A stretch of DNA of 55,359 bases, the filler included, from Sphacelaria rigidula (lineage: Eukaryota): the NCBI GenBank assembly GCA_964200075.2. It is 4 parts of 4 records of this genome, joined end to end, with 100 filler letters (N's around TTAATTAATTAA, not from the genome) between each part and the next. Parts side by side here need not be neighbours in the genome. Positions count along the whole stretch, not along the records: positions 41,599 to 55,359 come from CAXNAA020002683.1; 3 more parts are not named here. One strand, given 5' to 3'. A program made the translations under genes and the position numbers. The notes beneath the pieces were generated by a model. That model had not been told where the DNA came from. It did not search any database and saw only the letters and a program-made list of their open reading frames with translations. Positions 48,801 to 55,359 of the stretch are shown in pieces. Each line of letters begins with the position of its first letter. The stretch's first letter is position 1.

Positions 48801-51800
48801 GATTCTGACGAATCGAAAAAAGATGGCACACAGCCAGCCGGCAACACCGGAGGAGACCCGCGCTCTTCGGTTGAAAATGGAAACGACCCCGGCGGCGTCG
48901 ACGGTCGACAACCTGCCGGTAGGCACAACAGCGGCAGGGGCAGGGGCAACAGCACAAGTAGTCACGATAGTGGTTGCGGTGGGCCGATCCTCGCACGTGC
49001 GCTGCTGAGACTGGCACTCCCGTGGACAAGTTCCATCGCTATGGTAGAGTTCAGCGTTAGAGGAGACTGGGATCGCAGTGGAGCGCGGGCCGCAGCTATA
49101 GCGCGAACTAACCCGAAGGTTGTGAACACCGCGAGAGGGACCTCGGAATCTCTCTCGGTGGCGGCGGAATCGGGGGATGGAGGTGCCTTCTTGCATCGAT
49201 CACATCAGCCTTGTCTGACCGACATCCTGACGGCGTCGATCAGAATGTGGACAGTTGACGTGGTCCCGCCGACTGATGTATTCGGCTACAGAGTCGATAA
49301 TCCCTCCCTCACAGGAGACGGCGGTGACCAGAGCAAGGGGGAAGAGGGTTCACGAGGAGGACTGTGGCCTATTGTTGCAAGGCTGCCTACCCTGCGTAAC
49401 TTCCGGTCAACGAGGTCGGTTGGCCACGAGGACGGTGGGAATGAACTGCCGCACGAGTTGTCCAAGGTGTTGAGATGCTTGCGCTTCCGCGAAGCTGTCA
49501 ACGACTACATTGTTGGGCAGGTGTGGGTCTGTTCGTATTTGTATCGGTTGTTGATAAATAAGTTGTTTTTTGGGAATCATGCTCAAAAGGTGTGACGGGC
49601 TTGCAGGGTAGTTTGTATGTTTCAGTAACCAGTGCTATACGAGTCATGCTGAGGGCGTTTGTCGTGAATCAGACCTTACGTAGCAATGTAGCCGATGAAT
49701 ATGTCACAGGTTCGCCGATTGTTGGAACAACACGTTTGGATCTCGAAATCCCAGGAGCACACTCTCGGTTTCTCACTCTTGTAGTCTGCACTTGTCCTGC
49801 TACGATTGAAACGAACTCGGGCAGGTAGAAGCCGCGTTGTCCTTCGCCGTGGACGATAACGACCACTTCGATAGCGACCTCGGCATGCTTTTCTCTCAAA
49901 ACGCGTACGGAGTCCTCTGGCAGATGGCGGAGGCATCCGCTGCTCCCACGACCCGTTGTTGGAGGTCAGGTGGCGCCGCAGCGCCTGTGGTTAGGCGTGA
50001 GTTCATCTCCATGGGCTTTGCTGAAATTGGGGCGGGGGGAGATCGGCTCTTTACAACAACACCCGCGCCGCGGCGGTCACGAACGGTAAAAGAGGCCGAC
50101 CAGTCGGCGGTAGTGCCTCGCAATAACTTCCCACGACAATCTCTTCAGGCTCCTATCCCACGGAGAGCTCCAGATGCAGGGTTACTGCCGCCTCTGCACC
50201 GCCCTGCGTCTCGCAGCCCTGCACCACCAAGTGCTGCTGCAACCCCGGTCGGCTGGGTTTGTGGTACGCCCTTCCAGCCGCCGACGCCTGGCACCAGGGA
50301 TGAACTTAAAGAGGCTGCGACCAAATCGCGTCTGATGTGGTACGTGTGGGAGCACGCTGACATTTACGGACTGAAAGCGCGGCCCCCGTCGACCGACCGA
50401 AAGCCGATGGTTTACGGCACCGTTTTCGCAAGTCCGCGTGCGCAAGCCGAACAACACGCTGAGGGGGAGGTCCACGAGGGCAGCGGCGTTGGCGGGAGCT
50501 GTCGTGGAAGTGGGGTTATCGATACCGCAGCGAGTACAGAGGGGGAAGGCCCCGCCGGAAAAAAAGATGGCGATTTACCGGTATGCACCTTCGTCTTGAC
50601 GACGCCGGATGACGAACACCGCCCTGGTCCCCCGCTCGGAGACAGTGGGACAAGTGCGGGTGGAACTGGTGTCAGCTCCCGCGGAGGGGTTCTTGAGGAT
50701 CCTGGTTCAGACGCCCATCTGGATGTGGTGGTATTTATCATACCGCCTGGTCAACCAATATTCCGTCTCGGTTGGCCACAAGAGGGCGTTGGTGTCGGCG
50801 CAAGCAGTCAGGATTCGGAGGCAGAGCGACATCAGCGGCGATCAAGCTTTCGACGTGGGTCGGCGTACGACATGGCTGCTGTGCACTCCCGGTATTCCCC
50901 ACCCCTGGAGGATGTAGCGAAACAAGCTAGGCACCTAGTGGAACGTCTGCTGCGCATGGCCATGGCGCACATGAGGCGAGACGCCGCTTGGAGACAGCTA
51001 AATAAGGCCGATTGGGGTTCCATACAGGGTTCAGAAGAGCCGAGAAGGCGGATGTTCGAACCGCCCCATGTTGGAATCAGCTCGCCAGCGTCCTGCGGCG
51101 ACGGTACTGGGGGCGGCGACCGCAGATTTAAAGGGGCCTATGGCATAGACGCTACTACCCTTCGTCATTTGCTGAACCTCTCCGGGGTGGCCCGCTTGCA
51201 GGACGTTGACCCACGTCTAAGCCATATTTTGGCTCCGGATCACGACATGGACTGGGCGGAGTGGTGTCAGCAAATGATGGATTCCCCGCAGTTTTTCACC
51301 CTCCTCTTCGAAGACGGGGATGCTGTTCTACGAGACTGTGATGAGGCCCAGGGCGATTTTTCCACAGCAGCAACGCGCGCTGCGTTCATGCCAAGCGGCG
51401 CAAGCGCAGCAGGTGAGGTAGCATCTGACATAGAGTCCATGGCAACAAGCAGAAACAGCAGCGGGAAAGTACGGACTCATGTTATTCTTGTCCGCGTGTT
51501 GACAGCATGAGCTATGCATCTCAGAGTTCAAGTTCAAAGTGTTTTCTGCTCCAAGAACTATACATCTTTGGGCGCGACACGTGTGTGCGCAGAGTAATAG
51601 TACAGTGTGTAGTATCTTCGGCTGACTGAGCGCTTTCCTCCGTGGACACTAACGCGCCTCGTTCTTTGTTGCATATGCACTTTCTTGGACGTGTACGCTT
51701 CAGGTCCCGAACACAACGACGAAAGCGGAGACTCCAGGTATCGGATGCTCCTGGTTCGCCCCAATCTTGTTTTGCCGGTGGAGCGTGAGGTGGAGGACGA

Positions 51801-52020
51801 CGGACACGGCAATGGCGGCCGGGAAACGCGCGAGAGTGGTAGAAGCGCGGCCTATGTCAACAATGGCGAGGGACCCTGGGTTGGTCGAGCTGGGATTACC
51901 AACATTCGTGATCTTACCTCTCATTTTCTTCACGTGGCGCTGGACAAGGTGGGTAGATGGTGGTACCCTGACCTTCGAAGTTATGACAATAGCAGTACAT
52001 ACACATCATGGCAGATGTAA
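42819..52020 (+). CDS. SZT2: SZT2-like protein (KICSTOR scaffold homologue), 5'-partial, ~1990 aa visible
   Basis: Phase-compatible exons 42819-43095, 43360-43572, 44027-44111, 44738-44911, 45270-45302, 45576(or 45597)-45673, 46056-46221, 46488(or 46491)-49520, 49825-51412 and 51704-52020. C-terminal blocks FVKTYAAYLVDSLGF, FREAVNDYIVGQV, AMAHMRRDAAWRQL and LRHLLNLSGVARLQDVDPRLSHIL resemble, in order, animal SZT2 blocks as I recall them (F.qEY.qYL.s.GF, f.yDfh, RRD.LW.rL, leeLL..v.s.si.diDPqL). The small 5' exons are less certain. Confidence 0.7.
43635..43745 (-). mobile_element. Family X longer subfamily copy in an SZT2-like intron
   Basis: cgaaaacccggcgtgctccg...gtcaatggtcttgtgacta...gatcattagtacaccccc; C-tracts on both sides. 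Confidence 0.65.
46488..49520 (+). CDS. SZT2: SZT2-like gene, 3 kb exon
   Basis: ctcag|CAG|TCG NAGNAG acceptor; stop-free for >1000 codons; GGGCAG|gtgtgg donor. Confidence 0.85.
49825..51412 (+). CDS. SZT2: SZT2-like gene, penultimate exon
   Basis: ggcag|GTAGAA ... GCAG|gtgagg (phase 1); contains the RRDAAW and DVDPRL motifs. Confidence 0.85.
51704..52020 (+). CDS. SZT2: SZT2-like gene, terminal exon
   Basis: ttcag|GT completes a phase-1 Gly codon; ends ...HFLHVALDKVGRWWYPDLRSYDNSSTYTSWQM with TAA. Confidence 0.75.
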
Positions 52021-54622
52021 TATGACGTGGCTAGGTTAGAACAATGCCGTGGGCTGTCGTGCATAGTTATATTCTTTCAGCGTTTTTCTCTTTGAATTTC
52101 GAGCATCTGATGACCACTGCTTTGCGAGGAAAGGAGGATGGATACGGCACACGAACACAACAGTGACCTTTCCTACCCCTCCCTCACAAAACTGATCTGA
52201 ACGCTGGTTCCTTTCACTACTCTCGTACTTCCCCTTTATCCTCCAAGAGGGATATGGAAAACGCTGGAGAAGTTGCCCCAGCGCATTGATAGTCACAAAA
52301 CGTGTTCTACACTTTTTGACATCAACGAAAAAGTGTAGTGTCGTTAGCACCCACGCACATACGCTCAGTCAAGGAAAATGACGCTGTGAACTCAAGAGGA
52401 TACGGTGATACCCGGTCCTTCATAACAAGGCGGGAAAGCAGTAAAGTTTATCGCCGGGTCGAACTACTGTCGAGTATTCGACCAAATCAACACTGAACCG
52501 ACTGTATGAGAGTACATCCATTCAGCCCTTCGAATGTTCTGTTTTGTGTTATCGAAATCTTTGAAGTACGGGATGTATCGCGTCAACGCCTGCCCTTATC
52601 GCCGCGTACTCAGTATTTGCATCTCCTCCACACAACCCTATTTCCCCTTTTCCTTGTTTCGGTCCCTAGCAGGACACCAACACTGTGACCGTCAGCATAG
52701 TGCGGAGACTCCCTTCGCCCAGGCTTTCCGCGGAAGAGCAGGCTTCCATCTCTGCTGTCGTCAACGACATCTATCGCTTCTGCGCAGAACAACTCATGCG
52801 CATGAATCTCCAGGCAGAGGAATAGTATTTGCGTCCTGTGAACTGCATTCCAGTTGATGAGGAGTCTTCTTCTTATGTATTCTAAACTAACAACGCACGG
52901 TGGAGCAGCCCTACGGTTTGGAGTAGTTATGCTGGTCGAACATTCGATATTATGAACATACGGAATAGCAGAAGATATGCTGGGTGTCGGCGTTATGTTG
53001 ATGGGTGACCTTGAGGACTGTTCGTACTTGTATGGGTGGATATCGTTTCCGTGTTGTGCTCCTCTGGAGGATGTGGCTGCTGATCAGGCTGTGGTACGGT
53101 TCCTGCCGCACACAAAAAGCACTACAACACAGGCAGTGAATCGTGACCGGGAAATGGGTGCTAACTTTGGCAGGACACAGGCTGGCACATGTTCTCGAAA
53201 TATCATCTTGGAATGGTCGGATAGGACGAATCATCGCTTGTTCGAACCATCAGATCTACGATTTGTGAGTTGAGGCCCGATTGCCGGAAAGAGAGAACAA
53301 CGCTGACTGCAGGTCGAAAAAGCAAACACAAATTTTGCGCTAATCCACGCGCCTGGGCTGCAACGCTGAAAATATAGCCCGAGGGTTAGTCCGTATGGTA
53401 CAAATGAATTGCACCACAAGAAAGTAATTCTGAGAGAGATGGTTTTTTATCCGACTCTCGATTTCCTTTCATTTTAGTTCAGGATGTTTTGTGCCGCATA
53501 CGACATGACATGTAAGCTCGAGTCGTGACCAAATTTAGGAAGATCGCGATGCGGTTGCTGGGCAGCGACTCCTCGTGAGCTGATCATATTTGACGTCCCC
53601 GCTTCTCTGTACTGCCGACAAATGGATGGTAAATCTCACGGTCTCGCATGATTCTGCAAGAAACACATTCCAATTTTCAAATTGGTTGTTGTCTCAGGCT
53701 ATTCCAGATTCGGCAATAGATTTCTGTGACAGAAAACACTCTCGTTTTTTTCGGAATACTTTGAAAAAAAACGAGCAGAACTTTTTGAAAAACTGCTCGA
53801 ACCACGACGCCATTATATGGAGTACAGGGTAGTACACTCAAAAGAAGATACTTTTGCAGTGGTGTATGGAGTACAGGCTATTACAGTCAACACCAAACAA
53901 CACAGCAGTTCAGTAGCATCACGAGAAATCACGCGCCGTTCTAATCGCGTTCCGCGCGATAAAAAAAAGCAACAGCAGCAGTATGAGCAGTATCTTTGTC
54001 ATGGATTTATTGATCATTTTCCAGTCGACTAGGCTCCATGTGTCATACTGTTGTCATGCTTTGTGTCAGATTCTCTACCCATGTTTTGACAGAGCTTTTA
54101 GGATTGATTCTAGCACGTACAGCAGCCTGTCGCCGTTGATACAAGAAGCATTTACGCCATCCATGGACTGCGATATCAGAGGTGTCGCTGGTCTTCGTCT
54201 AAAGTGAGCCTGGCTTGTCCGCAGCTGTTGTTGCCTCGAGCATGCGCTGCAGGTGGAGAGTTACTTTAAACGATCTTGCATGCACAACCATCATCGAACT
54301 CGGGTGGGATCCTGGTGCTTACATGTCTTTTGAGATGACTACTCGGTTTGCCCACAAACTGGCACCCTTCACCTCTAGACATCCATCACGTGATTCGTGA
54401 CATCTTTACTGCCAGTAGATGTACGCGGCTGGGGGTGATCTAAATCAGCCGGTGCCGATTCGTGCGTGTGTCAGCGCTATCCAGCACGGTGGCTATCACT
54501 CGCAAGGTGCGTGGGTGTTGTCACACGGTCGAAACGCGGACCGTCTACGATCAAGAGCAGCAGCATCGCCGCCGGTTGATTCAGACCCACCCCCAGCCAC
54601 GTACATTTACTGGGAACAAATA

Positions 54623-54653
54623 TGCTGCTGTTGCTGCTGCTGTTGCTGCTGCT
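54623..54653. repeat. (CTG/TTG)n microsatellite
   Basis: tgctgctgttgctgctgctgttgctgctgct. Confidence 0.8.
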
Positions 54654-55359
54654 TCTCGTGCGGAAGGTCCACGGCACTTGACAGCCCCCCGCATACACAC
54701 AAGATCTAGAGGACCTTTCTGCACTGGAGCCCTGACATGAAGCAGCCGCCAGCTTTGTCTTTCTTCTGTCAACTCACCCTCTGTAGTTCGACACTTCAAA
54801 GGATACTTGTCATGCGCATTCACTGCAAACAGCCGATTTTCGAAAATGGGGTTGAAAAAAAAATGAGGTTCAACACAAAAGCCGTGCTTTCCCTGACCTA
54901 AATCCGTGACAAATGACTTTCATAAGGACCACCCCGATCGGGTGTTTGCAGTTACGTTGGTGTGTAGCGGCCACAGCAGCTGCTGTCCGTGCTCTTGTCT
55001 TGTTATCTTTGCAATGGCGATAACCGTGGGGTGGCAGCTCGGGGGCGCGTGCTTCCCGACTGGTACAGACAAAGGCAGGACACTCGCTAGTGCAACAAGA
55101 TTGTCCATGTACTGATGTGGGGCGAGCTTTCCGGAGGATAAAAATCACCTCAACACTGACCACTCCCAGACTTGCATAAATGTACTAGACATATAGTTCA
55201 TTTCCTATTACCCAAATCATCATTTGTAGGTGCAGTGTTACGCCGAGGAAATTTCTGTTTTTGATAGTTTTTAAACGCCTCCGCGAAAAACGGTGAAAAG
55301 CGTTGGATGATGGCAAATATCCTGATTTCGCAAGCACGGTCCGCACCTGCTGTGCATTC

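Noticed and set aside
606..52020. Ankyrin + FNIP + SZT2 as a clustered immune or signalling system
   Set aside because: The genes lie on different contigs joined artificially.
53420..53765. MITE with aaagtaattctga/tcggaatacttt ends
   Set aside because: Terminal similarity is too short and degenerate to support without copy evidence.

Overview
Eukaryotic genomic DNA, most likely a brown alga (Phaeophyceae/stramenopile; inferred from the GT-AG intron-rich genes, GC-rich exons and a WP..L..LTFG..FNQP-type FNIP protein). The window is not one locus. It consists of four segments (1-13770, 13871-27636, 27737-41498, 41599-55359; 13770, 13766, 13762 and 13761 bp, i.e. size-sorted) joined by artificial N44-TTAATTAATTAA-N44 linkers, so adjacency across linkers carries no biological meaning. 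Contig 1 holds the 3' six exons of a large ankyrin-repeat gene whose introns are all phase 0, plus a foldback element and a decayed ORF. Contig 2 holds a ~2.3 kb two-subunit higher-order tandem repeat, a decayed Vps62/DUF946-like gene, and several copies of a short G-tract-headed dispersed repeat. Contig 3 holds a TTAA-linked array of ~100 bp piggyBac-like MITEs, tRNA-like SINE heads, a three-exon FNIP-repeat gene and two long hairpins. Contig 4 holds the last ~10 exons (~2000 aa) of a probable SZT2 (KICSTOR scaffold) homologue. I found no CRISPR array, rRNA or intact transposase. I cannot claim a complete novel system. The best leads are the SZT2-like gene, the modular phase-0 ankyrin exons and the non-autonomous repeat families. 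All homology calls come from motifs recognised by eye, not from database searches.
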